A stretch of DNA of 64,000 nt from a virus, in IMG/VR virus record IMGVR_UViG_3300046779_001269, positions 112,025 through 176,024 of that record, one strand, 5' to 3'. Below, one piece after another: positions 30,949-40,075 of the stretch; positions within the stretch are counted from its first letter, which is position 1, and every line of letters starts with the position of its first letter. The notes below the pieces were generated by a model. That model searched no databases. It was not told where the DNA came from and was given only the letters and a program-made list of their open reading frames with translations. The position numbers and the translations under genes were made by a program.

Positions 30949-31412
30949 TATCTTGTATAGAATAAATGGTTTCCGATTCGTGCAACATATCTCAGATTCC
31001 AAGCAGGGTTAACCTGATTGTTATGAAAATACATTGACTTCGTTTTGTATATTGTATCATGTAGGATTGTTTGCGTCAATGCCTTTCTGGCAATAATCAT
31101 ACATTCTTCCCATGCATATTTGCTGGTGATGGGTTTTCTTTTTTCTTCAACCCAGCTGAATTGTCCTTTTTGATATACAACTTCACAAATTGTCTTTGGA
31201 AAGTTTGGATGATTTGTTCTATTCATTGTTACTTGTGCAACAGCAAGTTTACCTTCAAAAGGTTCTTTGGCTGCTTCATAGTAGAGATTTTTGGCCATGC
31301 ATTCCATTTGTTTGGCCATTTCAAATGATACTGTTTGAGCATCATTTAGTGGTTGTTGGTGTGAAACCACCGGTAACATTGAGAATAGGGTAATTAGAAT
31401 GAATTTCTTCAT
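30948..31412 (-). CDS. SleB-family cell wall hydrolase (Hydrolase_2) with signal peptide
   Basis: CMAKNLYYEA..E..EGKLAVAQVTMNR...FP.TICEVVYQ..QFSW; IGNHLFY. Confidence 0.88.
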   Translation of the reverse strand: MKKFILITLFSMLPVVSHQQPLNDAQTVSFEMAKQMECMAKNLYYEAAKEPFEGKLAVAQVTMNRTNHPNFPKTICEVVYQKGQFSWVEEKRKPITSKYAWEECMIIARKALTQTILHDTIYKTKSMYFHNNQVNPAWNLRYVARIGNHLFYTR

Positions 31413-31434
31413 TAAAACTCCTAGTTGTTAAACA

Positions 31435-31761
31435 TAATGGTTGGTTATTCTGTTACGAGGAAACCAACCGAAACCCTAGTCAGCGTTTAGGCTGCCAATG
31501 CGAACTTTTCATCGTTTGCGTTTACTTTAATTTAGTTTTTATATCTTCTCTGATAAGTTGTCCACTTCTATACTCTTTACCCTGTCGAAACCATGACAGG
31601 CCCATTATAAAACACACTATGTGGAATCGAACCACTGACCCTTTCACTCCGTAGAGACCGCATTAATTACGCTTAGTCGCCGACTAGTGTGCTTTATGGT
31701 GGACCTGGGGGGAGTCGAACCCCCGTCCAGAATACTTTTCAAGTTGCTTCATACAACCATA
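31435..31761 (-). ncRNA. ssrA: circularly permuted (two-piece) tmRNA, tag (A)ANDEKFALAA
   Basis: acceptor piece ends GGGGGTTCGACTCCCCCCAGGTCCACCA (CCA at 31697) and precedes the coding piece starting GGGCCTGTCATGGTTTCGAC (31603); acceptor stem has G3:U; tag ORF 31519-31487; outer ends approximate. Confidence 0.92.
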
Positions 31762-31767
31762 AATCAC

Positions 31768-31796
31768 ATTATACATCAAAAAATTCTATATGTCAA
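31768..31796 (-). promoter_or_regulatory. consensus sigma70 promoter for tmRNA
   Basis: TTGACA (31796-31791), 17 bp, TATAAT (31773-31768). Confidence 0.9.
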
Positions 31797-32446
31797 CCGT
31801 TTTCTCGATAGAATTTTATATAGTCCAATAGAATATTTAGGTAATTCTCTGTTTTTTCAACAAATACCAATGGTTCTGAGCCTTCCACAGCCATGATAAT
31901 AACGATTTGGTCGATGCCTACACCAATCATTTCTTCATACATGCAAGCATAAGCAACACATTGAGCAAAGTAATTATCAATGTCTTCCTTCTTCTTAGGA
32001 CGGCGTGAGGTCTTAAAGTCAATAACAGATAATACACCATCAAACTCTGCAATACAGTCAACACGACCTGCCATACCCAATTGGAGAGACCATAACGCAC
32101 ATTCCTGATAATGAATGTTGTTGATTCTATTCAGTATAGGTTTAAGTGGCAGGAACATCTCCTTGGCGTCAGGCATGATATTGCCAAGTGATTCATTATT
32201 CAAGTATCGTTCACATAATGTGTGTACATTGGTGCCACGGGAAGTGGCCTTGCGTGATATCTTGTTTGCTTCTTCATCACCAACTCTCTTGCGCCACTCC
32301 AAGATGGCCTGTTTACCCTTTGCACCAATGACCGTAGTCACGGACGGCAACTTAACACCATCGGGTGTGGTGTAGTATCGTTTACCGTCAGGGAATGTTT
32401 GTGATTTTAGGTCAGCGAGTTCTTTTGGTGGGCAATATGTAAACAT
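31793..32446 (-). CDS. PD-(D/E)xK exonuclease (Cas4-like)
   Basis: LPSVTTVI, RGTNVH..CE.YL, AGRVDCIAEFDG..SVIDFKTS, Q..AYA. Confidence 0.85.
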   Translation of the reverse strand: MFTYCPPKELADLKSQTFPDGKRYYTTPDGVKLPSVTTVIGAKGKQAILEWRKRVGDEEANKISRKATSRGTNVHTLCERYLNNESLGNIMPDAKEMFLPLKPILNRINNIHYQECALWSLQLGMAGRVDCIAEFDGVLSVIDFKTSRRPKKKEDIDNYFAQCVAYACMYEEMIGVGIDQIVIIMAVEGSEPLVFVEKTENYLNILLDYIKFYRENG

Positions 32447-33210
32447 TAATCTTGTGAATCCTCATAATTCATTTTAGCTAAAATATAATCACGCACAAGA
32501 CTACTTCTAACAATATCTTCTGGTGTAAATTCAATTCGTGTGAATGCCGACATATGGTGTGCAATATCAAAGAACTTCAAAATGCCTGACATATCATTCT
32601 TGCGTTTATTCAAATCTGTTTGACGATAATCACCACACCAGATAATCTTTGAACGATAACCAACACGGGTCATAACTGTATCAATTTCTTCAAAGGTCAA
32701 GTTTTGCATTTCATCAACAATAATAATTGCATCATCAAAACTCATACCACGAATGAATGATGTGGAGATAAACTCAATATAACCTTGTTCATTCAACCGT
32801 GCATAGGCATCTTTACGGTCAAATAGTGTGTGACAGATTTGCACATATGGTTGTTGATAGATTTCCATCTTTTCATCAACATCACCTGGCAAGTGTCCCA
32901 TTTCACGGGACTGTACCGCTGAACGGACAATAATAATCTTATTAAATGGATTTGATTTATCCAATACCTCTTCTAATGCTTTGTATAATGCACAGAAGGT
33001 TTTACCTGTACCTGCAACGCCGTGAAGTGCAACAAAATAATCTCCACGCTTGTATGCATCAAAAAATGTTTTCTGATTTTGCGTTAATGGCTCAAATGTC
33101 TTTAAATCGTTTATTTTTATTTTTAGTGAATTACTTATTGCTTGGTGTCTTGTCTTAGTAGTTTGTTCTTCAATAACTTCTTCTCTACTAATCTGTTTTT
33201 TTGTCGCCAT
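32446..33210 (-). CDS. phoH: PhoH-family ATPase
   Basis: G.AGTGKTF, GHLPG, FIRGMSFDDAIIIVDEMQN, GDYRQTDL, DIVRS. Confidence 0.92.
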   Translation of the reverse strand: MATKKQISREEVIEEQTTKTRHQAISNSLKIKINDLKTFEPLTQNQKTFFDAYKRGDYFVALHGVAGTGKTFCALYKALEEVLDKSNPFNKIIIVRSAVQSREMGHLPGDVDEKMEIYQQPYVQICHTLFDRKDAYARLNEQGYIEFISTSFIRGMSFDDAIIIVDEMQNLTFEEIDTVMTRVGYRSKIIWCGDYRQTDLNKRKNDMSGILKFFDIAHHMSAFTRIEFTPEDIVRSSLVRDYILAKMNYEDSQD

Positions 33211-33219
33211 TAAAACTCC

Positions 33220-33363
33220 CTATGTTAATAACATTGCAACTTTTTTAGTTTGCTTTTCTTCTTTCTTTTTGAATTGTCTTTTTTTAGGGGTTTCTTTCTT
33301 CACGGTGGTTTTTTTATCACTGTCACTCCTTTTTGGAAGAAATAATGCTGGTATTTGTGCCAT
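33220..33363 (-). CDS. 47-aa lysine-rich basic peptide
   Basis: not in ORF track; MAQIPALFLPKRSDSDKKTTVKKETPKKRQFKKKEEKQTKKVAMLLT*; fills the gap with a TAATG overlap. Confidence 0.55.
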   Translation of the reverse strand: MAQIPALFLPKRSDSDKKTTVKKETPKKRQFKKKEEKQTKKVAMLLT

Positions 33364-33638
33364 TACCACTCTCTTGGTCGTTTTGTTTTGTGACCAGACA
33401 TGGTGTTTCCTGGAATGGATTCTTGCATACGTTGAATAACACCAGTTTCAAACGCAGCATGTGGTTGTGCAATGCCTGGAACAGACATGCGTTGGCCATC
33501 ACCTAGACCAACAACATTCTCGGCAGAAAAGTATCGTTCTAGGTGTGGATTATCTTCTTTGAATTTTTCATACTCAGCCAAACGCATAGTATGTTCTTCA
33601 ATTTCATTTGTATTTTTATTTAAAAATGTGTAAATCAT
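33363..33638 (-). CDS. hypothetical protein, conserved upstream of phoH in T4-like phages
   Basis: MIYTFLNKNTNEIEE..M...EYEKFKEDNPHL. Confidence 0.65.
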   Translation of the reverse strand: MIYTFLNKNTNEIEEHTMRLAEYEKFKEDNPHLERYFSAENVVGLGDGQRMSVPGIAQPHAAFETGVIQRMQESIPGNTMSGHKTKRPREW

Positions 33639-33851
33639 TTAGTTTTGTTCCGTGTAATTTTTCTGTGCAAGTTCTCTAACAACTTGTACTTTTTTATTTA
33701 CTTCTGGTTCAAATGTATTGGGTCCAAAAGCAGGTGTCTCAGTATACTTCCTTACTTTAAGACACTCTTGAAAACTTTTCTTAAATTGTTTGTATCCAGT
33801 TTTTACACCGATTCTTACTGAGTCACAAAAATCACACACCAACTGTTTCAT
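33639..33851 (-). CDS. hypothetical protein
   Basis: 70 aa, tightly packed, N-terminal CxxC. Confidence 0.45.
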   Translation of the reverse strand: MKQLVCDFCDSVRIGVKTGYKQFKKSFQECLKVRKYTETPAFGPNTFEPEVNKKVQVVRELAQKNYTEQN

Positions 33852-34404
33852 CGAACCACTCCGGTACTTTACGAGAATTAATTTTACCTGACCATGAGGC
33901 CAAGTGTTGCTTATTCATTATATAGTAATTACGATATGATTTGATAGAATCACCGGCAACTTTTACATCATCGGGCATTGCTGGTGTAGGTTCTGTAAAA
34001 GGTGCATGTGCAGGAATATTCATTGGTGTATACATCAATTCTTCTTCAAGACCATCACGCTCAACTTTATGAACTTTACCATAACGATAGGTGTATTCTT
34101 TACACAATTCGGTCAACAGTTTAGACAACCAGACATAGTTGGCATAAGATTGACGGGCCCAAATTGCTGAAGGATGGTTAATATGAGTAGCCCGATAAAG
34201 CACAGTATCACGATTATCAGGGAGTATATACGTGGTTCGTTGTCGGCCAGCTGCGCCTCCCCTATCAATAGTAGGAGTGCCATCAAGCACCCGATGAGCG
34301 GTAGAAAGTAATTGAGCATACTCAAGGATCATTTTAATACAATGTTTGTCATTGTGCATTTCGGCACAGACACGAGGTTCTGGGTGTAAATAAAAGATAT
34401 TCAT
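33832..34404 (-). CDS. pyrimidine-dimer DNA glycosylase (DenV-like) family protein
   Basis: MNIFYL...CAEMH.DKH.IKMILEYAQLLSTAH; H.NHPS.IW.R; EY..RYGK.H. Confidence 0.7.
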   Translation of the reverse strand: MNIFYLHPEPRVCAEMHNDKHCIKMILEYAQLLSTAHRVLDGTPTIDRGGAAGRQRTTYILPDNRDTVLYRATHINHPSAIWARQSYANYVWLSKLLTELCKEYTYRYGKVHKVERDGLEEELMYTPMNIPAHAPFTEPTPAMPDDVKVAGDSIKSYRNYYIMNKQHLASWSGKINSRKVPEWFDETVGV

Positions 34405-34411
34405 AACGAGT

Positions 34412-34440
34412 ATTATAACACATCATTCGGTATATGGCAA
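34412..34440 (-). promoter_or_regulatory. sigma70-type promoter TTGCCA-17-TATAAT, leaderless start at 34404
   Basis: -35 at 34440-34435, -10 at 34417-34412, ATG 7 nt downstream. Confidence 0.75.
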
Positions 34441-34701
34441 GCGCACTCTTTCCACATCTGTCCAGTCTTTTTTCAATATGGCACTACCATAGTTGTCGTG
34501 TTCCCACGTCTGTACCTGCAAACCCACCTTAACAACTTCACCACCATTTTCATATTCCGCCACACGGAATTTGTAGGACAACGGTTTGGCCACCGTTACA
34601 CCAGATTGTGGTATTTCCACCTTAAATGCACCACCATTTTGATATACTGATGGTGGTGCATTATAATTCGTAGTTACCGTTTGTGTATTTAATAGTTCCA
34701 T
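34423..34701 (-). CDS. hypothetical protein
   Basis: 92 aa ORF in packed operon. Confidence 0.6.
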   Translation of the reverse strand: MELLNTQTVTTNYNAPPSVYQNGGAFKVEIPQSGVTVAKPLSYKFRVAEYENGGEVVKVGLQVQTWEHDNYGSAILKKDWTDVERVRLPYTE

Positions 34702-34982
34702 AATAATCTAATCAATCCAATTGTATCAATAGTTGTTAAGAGGATATAGTTCGCCAGCATTCCAAAACTTTTTCTACTCCAAGCAGCCCAAGCATAAAGG
34801 CCACACCCAGCAATCCAAGCAGGGTAAAAGTGAATAAGAGGAGGATTAGGCATAGTGTACGCCATACCGATACTGCAAAAGATTGAGAGTGACCAGGCCA
34901 ACAATTCGACAAAGAATCGAATTCGGTTTGTTTTGTAGTCATTTTTAATCCACTCAAAAATGCCGGCGACTATATCATTCAT
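34689..34982 (-). CDS. small membrane protein
   Basis: three hydrophobic segments. Confidence 0.65.
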   Translation of the reverse strand: MNDIVAGIFEWIKNDYKTNRIRFFVELLAWSLSIFCSIGMAYTMPNPPLIHFYPAWIAGCGLYAWAAWSRKSFGMLANYILLTTIDTIGLIRLLWNY

Positions 34983-35326
34983 TACAGTTTAGGAATATCT
35001 AAAGGTGCATCAACTGGTGTTTTTGCCTTAGTTTGCTTAACAGCTTTTTCTTTTCCAAACAAATCACCAACTGGTGCTGGTTCCTTTTCTCTCTTTGGGA
35101 ATCTAGCAGCAATATCTTCCGCACTAATTGTTTGCATTACAAACTGCTTGAATTCTGAATAATCATTCTTAACACGCATTGCACTCTTAGAGTTCATGCC
35201 TGCACCATCGGCAGTGAACAGAGCACAACCACCAGATGCTAAAGGTGCAATCTCAACGATTGAATCCAAGTTAATAATAACTGGACAACCCTTTTCAATA
35301 GAATCAACTTCGATAAACATACTCAT
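34982..35326 (-). CDS. hypothetical protein
   Basis: 114 aa with TAAGGAG SD. Confidence 0.65.
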   Translation of the reverse strand: MSMFIEVDSIEKGCPVIINLDSIVEIAPLASGGCALFTADGAGMNSKSAMRVKNDYSEFKQFVMQTISAEDIAARFPKREKEPAPVGDLFGKEKAVKQTKAKTPVDAPLDIPKL

Positions 35327-35335
35327 ACTAACTCC

Positions 35336-35593
35336 TTATTTTCTATCACAATCAGGGACACGCACCAAATATACGGTCACATCATCGTTCGGTCTTACAA
35401 AAAAACATTCACCTTTGATTGACCAGGTCAGGTGATTTTGAATACCATCTTTGTATTCTTTTAGTGCTGGGTTTTCTTTCTGTGCAGGTTGCATGAAAAA
35501 GAAATAGTAAAGAAGTGCAATTAGAATAGTAAAATCCATAATGTTTCTCAACACAGAATTGCTTACAAACACTTTAAATTTTTCAAACATCAA
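35336..35593 (-). CDS. hypothetical membrane-anchored protein
   Basis: N-terminal hydrophobic helix. Confidence 0.6.
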   Translation of the reverse strand: MMFEKFKVFVSNSVLRNIMDFTILIALLYYFFFMQPAQKENPALKEYKDGIQNHLTWSIKGECFFVRPNDDVTVYLVRVPDCDRK

Positions 35594-36018
35594 AATACTC
35601 CAAAAAGTTTATGACCAACAATCCAAACTAAAACACAGAACCAAAATGTAAATAATAGAATCAAATTCCATTTAATACATTCTTCACCGTAATATTCTTT
35701 TTCTTTCTTAATGAAGTCTCGTTGCGCTAGCACCATATCTGGTACACCACGTTCAGAATACTTATCATCTTTCAACATAGTAACAGTTTTTTCAGCCTCA
35801 TGCAGGCGTCTGCTCGCCGAAATATAATCAAGATAACATAACATATTAACCCCAATGGCGTATGACGCCTGCAATAATAAAACAGTTTGTGACCAAGTAT
35901 GATAACACAATTATTGTCCTAACGAAAGCCACCCGGTCGGCAAACTTGTCATTGTGGTGTGCCTTTTCACCTAAGGCTTTTGCCCAAACATTCCACCAAT
36001 AACGCAGGTATAACTTCA

Positions 36019-36621
36019 TCAGTCCCACAGTCCTTCGTAGTATTTACCAAACAAACGGAATCCATTTGCACGGCGTGCTTGATGTGCCTTCAAACCTGCC
36101 CAATCAATTTTTGGTGGTTCGTAGTCTTTGTCCCAAGGTTTACTGTCCCAGTTTTCACCATGGTCGAAATATGGAGATTCATCATCACCATTTACTTTTT
36201 GTTCAAATGCCCAAATCATTTCATCAAGGACATATTCCCAGCGTTTGTGCCAGTTGGCATCAGTTTCCCATTCTTCAACAGGCCATGCACAGTATGAACG
36301 CAATTCAAAAGGTACATCTTCATCATCAACTTTAGGTGAACCATGTTTGGTTGCCTTCAGTTGATTCAACATTGGAAGAATGATATCAGCCAAGGTGTGG
36401 TCCATTGACCATGTATCATAATGGTCAACCTTCACATAATTAATTTTTGGATAAATGAAGTCAAGTAACTTTTGCCATGCTTGGCAGAATGGCAACAAAC
36501 GGTCTGACCATTTCTCAATGAACGGATCATCGTAGTCAATTTCTTTCCAGAAAAATACTTTCTCCAAGATTGTATATGGAGAAAGCCAGTGGTTGCGATA
36601 ATTTGATTTATAGATTTTCAT
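36019..36621 (-). CDS. conserved phage hypothetical protein
   Basis: DTWSMDHTLA.IILPML.QLK..KHG.P; W.YVLDEMIWAF; NGFRLFGKYYEGLWD. Confidence 0.7.
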   Translation of the reverse strand: MKIYKSNYRNHWLSPYTILEKVFFWKEIDYDDPFIEKWSDRLLPFCQAWQKLLDFIYPKINYVKVDHYDTWSMDHTLADIILPMLNQLKATKHGSPKVDDEDVPFELRSYCAWPVEEWETDANWHKRWEYVLDEMIWAFEQKVNGDDESPYFDHGENWDSKPWDKDYEPPKIDWAGLKAHQARRANGFRLFGKYYEGLWD

Positions 36622-37463
36622 ATCTTCATCATTTCTTCGAGTGTAAATTTGTTTTGAGGCATATACGGAGAAACTATGTATGTTTTTGCTGTGCCAGAAT
36701 CACCAACACGCCGTGGTTTCACAACAACCTCAAAGTCACATTCATTTGCCTTCTTAAATGCATTAACACAATCCATAACAGAAACAGGCATAGCACGGCC
36801 AAGATATTCAAAAACTGGTTGAATCTCAGCACCAGGCACGCAACTTGCTCGGTTGATTGCCTTTTCTATTGCATGACAAACTTCCATCACATGAATATAG
36901 TCACGCAATGCTGTTCCGTCAAATGTATTGTAATCATTACCATACAAATTAAATGTGCCTGTTTCTTTTGCCTTCATTAGATTGAAAAGTAATCCATCTG
37001 GATTTGTTGGATTAAAATCATAATCACGACCAGTAACGTTACCAAAACGGAAGATGGTATGCTTCTTATTGTTCAATGCACAATATTGGCGAATGATGCC
37101 TTCCGCAATATATTTGGTGTGGCCATAAACGTGTGAATCACTTGCCTGACAGGTTGATGCAAAGATAAAGTTTTTATACTGGATTCGTTCCAACATATTC
37201 ATGGTACCGACCACATTGGTGCGATAGTAATCCATTGCAGCCATCTGACCACCACCAACCTGCACCAATGAAGCAAGGTGAATAACTGTATCGTATTCAC
37301 CTTCAATATCTTTATTCTCCAGAATATTTTGTTCAAAGAACCGGTCAGCAAATTGTGTTTTGAACACACGGTCTAATCCTGTAACATGATAGGAATTACC
37401 TAGAAATTTACACAAATGTTGGCCAATATAACCACTACTGCCTGTTATCAAAACCTTTTTCAT
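36618..37463 (-). CDS. NAD-dependent epimerase (GalE-like extended SDR)
   Basis: VLITGSSGYIG, YxxxK (YGHTK), DGTALRDYIHV. Confidence 0.85.
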   Translation of the reverse strand: MKKVLITGSSGYIGQHLCKFLGNSYHVTGLDRVFKTQFADRFFEQNILENKDIEGEYDTVIHLASLVQVGGGQMAAMDYYRTNVVGTMNMLERIQYKNFIFASTCQASDSHVYGHTKYIAEGIIRQYCALNNKKHTIFRFGNVTGRDYDFNPTNPDGLLFNLMKAKETGTFNLYGNDYNTFDGTALRDYIHVMEVCHAIEKAINRASCVPGAEIQPVFEYLGRAMPVSVMDCVNAFKKANECDFEVVVKPRRVGDSGTAKTYIVSPYMPQNKFTLEEMMKI

Positions 37464-37900
37464 TCTTCATCCTTGTAATCAATCATATTGATAAAATTCA
37501 TTTTCTTCACATCAGGCAAATCTGCCAAATAATCATTGTCTTTGTTAAACAATTCCATAAAATCTGTGGCTGACAATTCACGGGAAGAGAAGATGTGTGT
37601 GCCTATATGTTCCTGTGAGAATTCTTTGAAGTCAACGTTGTGTTCATTCATAACCACTTCATCCCAAGCATGACTTTCTTCACGAGCTTCAACAACATAC
37701 CGCATACGGAATGTGGACATAACTTCAACCAAATATAATTTCTTTTCCATTTCTTCCACCTCAGTCCAATATTCATAAGAATCGTCAGTACCAAAACCTT
37801 CTTCCAATAAGGCATGAAGGTCACAAAAAGGATGGTCGCCTGCAAACTGAGTGCAACGCAACCATCGAGCATTTTCTTCACAACGTGAACACTTCATCAT
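37460..37900 (-). CDS. hypothetical protein
   Basis: N-terminal CxxC...CxxH; second part YLVEVMSTFRMRYVVEA. Confidence 0.55.
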   Translation of the reverse strand: MMKCSRCEENARWLRCTQFAGDHPFCDLHALLEEGFGTDDSYEYWTEVEEMEKKLYLVEVMSTFRMRYVVEAREESHAWDEVVMNEHNVDFKEFSQEHIGTHIFSSRELSATDFMELFNKDNDYLADLPDVKKMNFINMIDYKDEE

Positions 37901-38164
37901 TCAATACCATAAATTTGTTTCACATTGGCTGGTGGATAACCACACACCACATAGAATTTATCTTTGGTGTTTGGCACTTTACGAATCAACCAATGGCCAT
38001 TCTGTACAAACCACATTTCTTCATCAGATAGGTGTTCGTATCTTCCTGGTTTTAGTTCACTCAAAGGAACTGCCTCATAATCACCACCAGCCATGATATT
38101 GACACCAGCTTTTATATTTTCTGTTGTCATATCAATCATTCGTTGAACATCACTTTCACGCATA

Positions 38165-39070
38165 TTAAACCTCGATGTATTGCAATTTGAAAATATCAGC
38201 TTGCGCTTCGTACATATGGTAACCACGAGGGTTAGCAACCACACGGGTAGAACCAATCATATAATCAAAGTTGTGGTGAGTATGTCCATGTGTCCATACT
38301 TTGATTTGTGGACGATCCAACATAAACTCCGACAAATCAGAACTGTATGCACCGTTCACTTGCACATCCTTTTCGTATTGTGGTTTTGTAGACAATTTGC
38401 AAGGCGCATGATGACCAACAACCACAAACTTAGTGGTAGGTTCAGCATCAACAACTTCAGCAATGAACTTCAAGGTCGCCTTGTGTTCTTGCACAGACAA
38501 TTCTGGTGAGAACTTTGAAGGACGAGTTTCAATTTCATAGTGGTCAAGAACTGTTGAATTGACTTCACCAATCTTTTGCATAATGTAATTGCCTTCTTCA
38601 TCTTTTTTGTAGATGGCCTTTTTGAACTGCACCATTTCATTGCTGTTTTCAATGATGCGGTAGTCGTTCATGTAACCTTTGATATGATTCAAGGTGATAG
38701 GATCTTCCTTGTTCATATCAGTCCACAATGTACCACAAACAAATGTTACATCACCAATACGGATGAATTCTTTTTCCATAACATGGATGTTGGGCAACTC
38801 TTGCAAAGCACCTCTGATGAGGTCGTAAGACTTTGCAAAATCGCCATGGTAATGCTCGTGATTACCCATGATGTAAATCACATCTTTGAATTCGGATGCA
38901 ACTTGCTCAAAGAACTTCATCCATTCCAGACTACGCTTGCTGTCTGTGAAAGCCAAATCTTTGGCAACACAAATATCACCAGAAAGCACCAACACATCGG
39001 CGCCTTCGGTGTTCAATAATTTAATGTGACCAAACTCTAAGTGTAGGTCCGAACATAATGCAAATTTCAT
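38165..39070 (-). CDS. calcineurin-like metallophosphoesterase
   Basis: SDLHLEF, LSGDI, GNHEHY, HHAP, HGHTH. Confidence 0.9.
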   Translation of the reverse strand: MKFALCSDLHLEFGHIKLLNTEGADVLVLSGDICVAKDLAFTDSKRSLEWMKFFEQVASEFKDVIYIMGNHEHYHGDFAKSYDLIRGALQELPNIHVMEKEFIRIGDVTFVCGTLWTDMNKEDPITLNHIKGYMNDYRIIENSNEMVQFKKAIYKKDEEGNYIMQKIGEVNSTVLDHYEIETRPSKFSPELSVQEHKATLKFIAEVVDAEPTTKFVVVGHHAPCKLSTKPQYEKDVQVNGAYSSDLSEFMLDRPQIKVWTHGHTHHNFDYMIGSTRVVANPRGYHMYEAQADIFKLQYIEV

Positions 39071-39091
39071 TTACTTCTCCAGTATGTGTAT

Positions 39092-39120
39092 ATTATAACA
39101 CAAACAGGTTATTTTGGCAA
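39092..39120 (-). promoter_or_regulatory. promoter TTGCCA-17-TATAAT
   Basis: -35 at 39120-39115, -10 at 39097-39092. Confidence 0.75.
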
Positions 39121-39513
39121 GCCTTGTTCCCGTAGTATCCGGACTTGGGTGTCCGGCACCGTACAAACTCTGGCACGGTACATATAGCCATGTTGACTTG
39201 GATCTTCTGTTTTTGTGAATTCAATATGGTTATTTTTCCAAAGTTCATTAACCATATCTTGAATCAATTGTTTCTTAATAACATTATTATATGCATCATC
39301 ATCTAGAGATGAATTCATCCTATGTGAAAAATCATAACTTCTAGAAACAACAACCATCTTACCTTGAATATGATATTCTCTATGATTTATGGTTGTATTA
39401 TTCCAATTGGCATTGGTGATAGTACCGGAACCAGTACCTGTTGGTATTATTGTTGTCTGAGGAATAGCATTATGACTTCGTTGATTATTGTAATTGGGAT
39501 TCCAGACCGCCAT
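39109..39513 (-). CDS. hypothetical protein
   Basis: 134 aa ORF in packed operon. Confidence 0.55.
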   Translation of the reverse strand: MAVWNPNYNNQRSHNAIPQTTIIPTGTGSGTITNANWNNTTINHREYHIQGKMVVVSRSYDFSHRMNSSLDDDAYNNVIKKQLIQDMVNELWKNNHIEFTKTEDPSQHGYMYRARVCTVPDTQVRILREQGLPK

Positions 39514-40075
39514 ATTTGTAACCTCTTTTCATAAATTTATCTATTCTGCCTGCTGATGGCATTCTACCTTCATTAGCAACTAATATTTTATTCACACAAC
39601 AATCATATTGCTCTCTTGAAATGTACATTTTATCATTTTTAGAATCATAATATGGCAAGCAATGTTTGAAATCAAATGTTGTTCGCACATCAGCTGGTTC
39701 ACCATAGTGTTTAATAATCACCTGAATGCCATTCTTCAATGTCATAGCATTCTCGGTGATTAACAAACCTTTTGGATGATTGTCCACATCACGATACTTT
39801 TCATCATATACAGCCACCTCATTTTTATATGAGTCCATCTGATACAATTTAATCACATCTTCACACATCTTTTTTGTGCGGAAATACACATCAAAATCTT
39901 TTGGTGTCTCACCTTGAAGAATTGACGCTGTGCATCCACCACTCACAAAAAAATCTGTTATGAAGCCTGGACCCAACTTATGAATAGTCAAATTGAAGTC
40001 ATGCAGTTTATGTATTATTGCATCCTTCACACGTAATATTCTTCCAATTTCATGTTGTTCAAATTTATCAGTCAT
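39485..40075 (-). CDS. pol-beta-fold nucleotidyltransferase (PAP/CCA head-like)
   Basis: FVSGGCTAS...PKDFDVYF (GG..DxD), TFDF, RI.KF.KRGY. Confidence 0.6.
   Translation of the reverse strand: MTDKFEQHEIGRILRVKDAIIHKLHDFNLTIHKLGPGFITDFFVSGGCTASILQGETPKDFDVYFRTKKMCEDVIKLYQMDSYKNEVAVYDEKYRDVDNHPKGLLITENAMTLKNGIQVIIKHYGEPADVRTTFDFKHCLPYYDSKNDKMYISREQYDCCVNKILVANEGRMPSAGRIDKFMKRGYKYGGLESQLQ

Noticed and set aside
31604-31696. Functional tRNA gene or hammerhead ribozyme
   Set aside because: No recognisable D-arm or 7-nt anticodon loop and no CCA; GAAA and GUC are present but the CUGANGA core is missing.
31793-32446. CRISPR-associated cas4
   Set aside because: Common stand-alone T4-like exonuclease beside phoH; no array or other cas genes.
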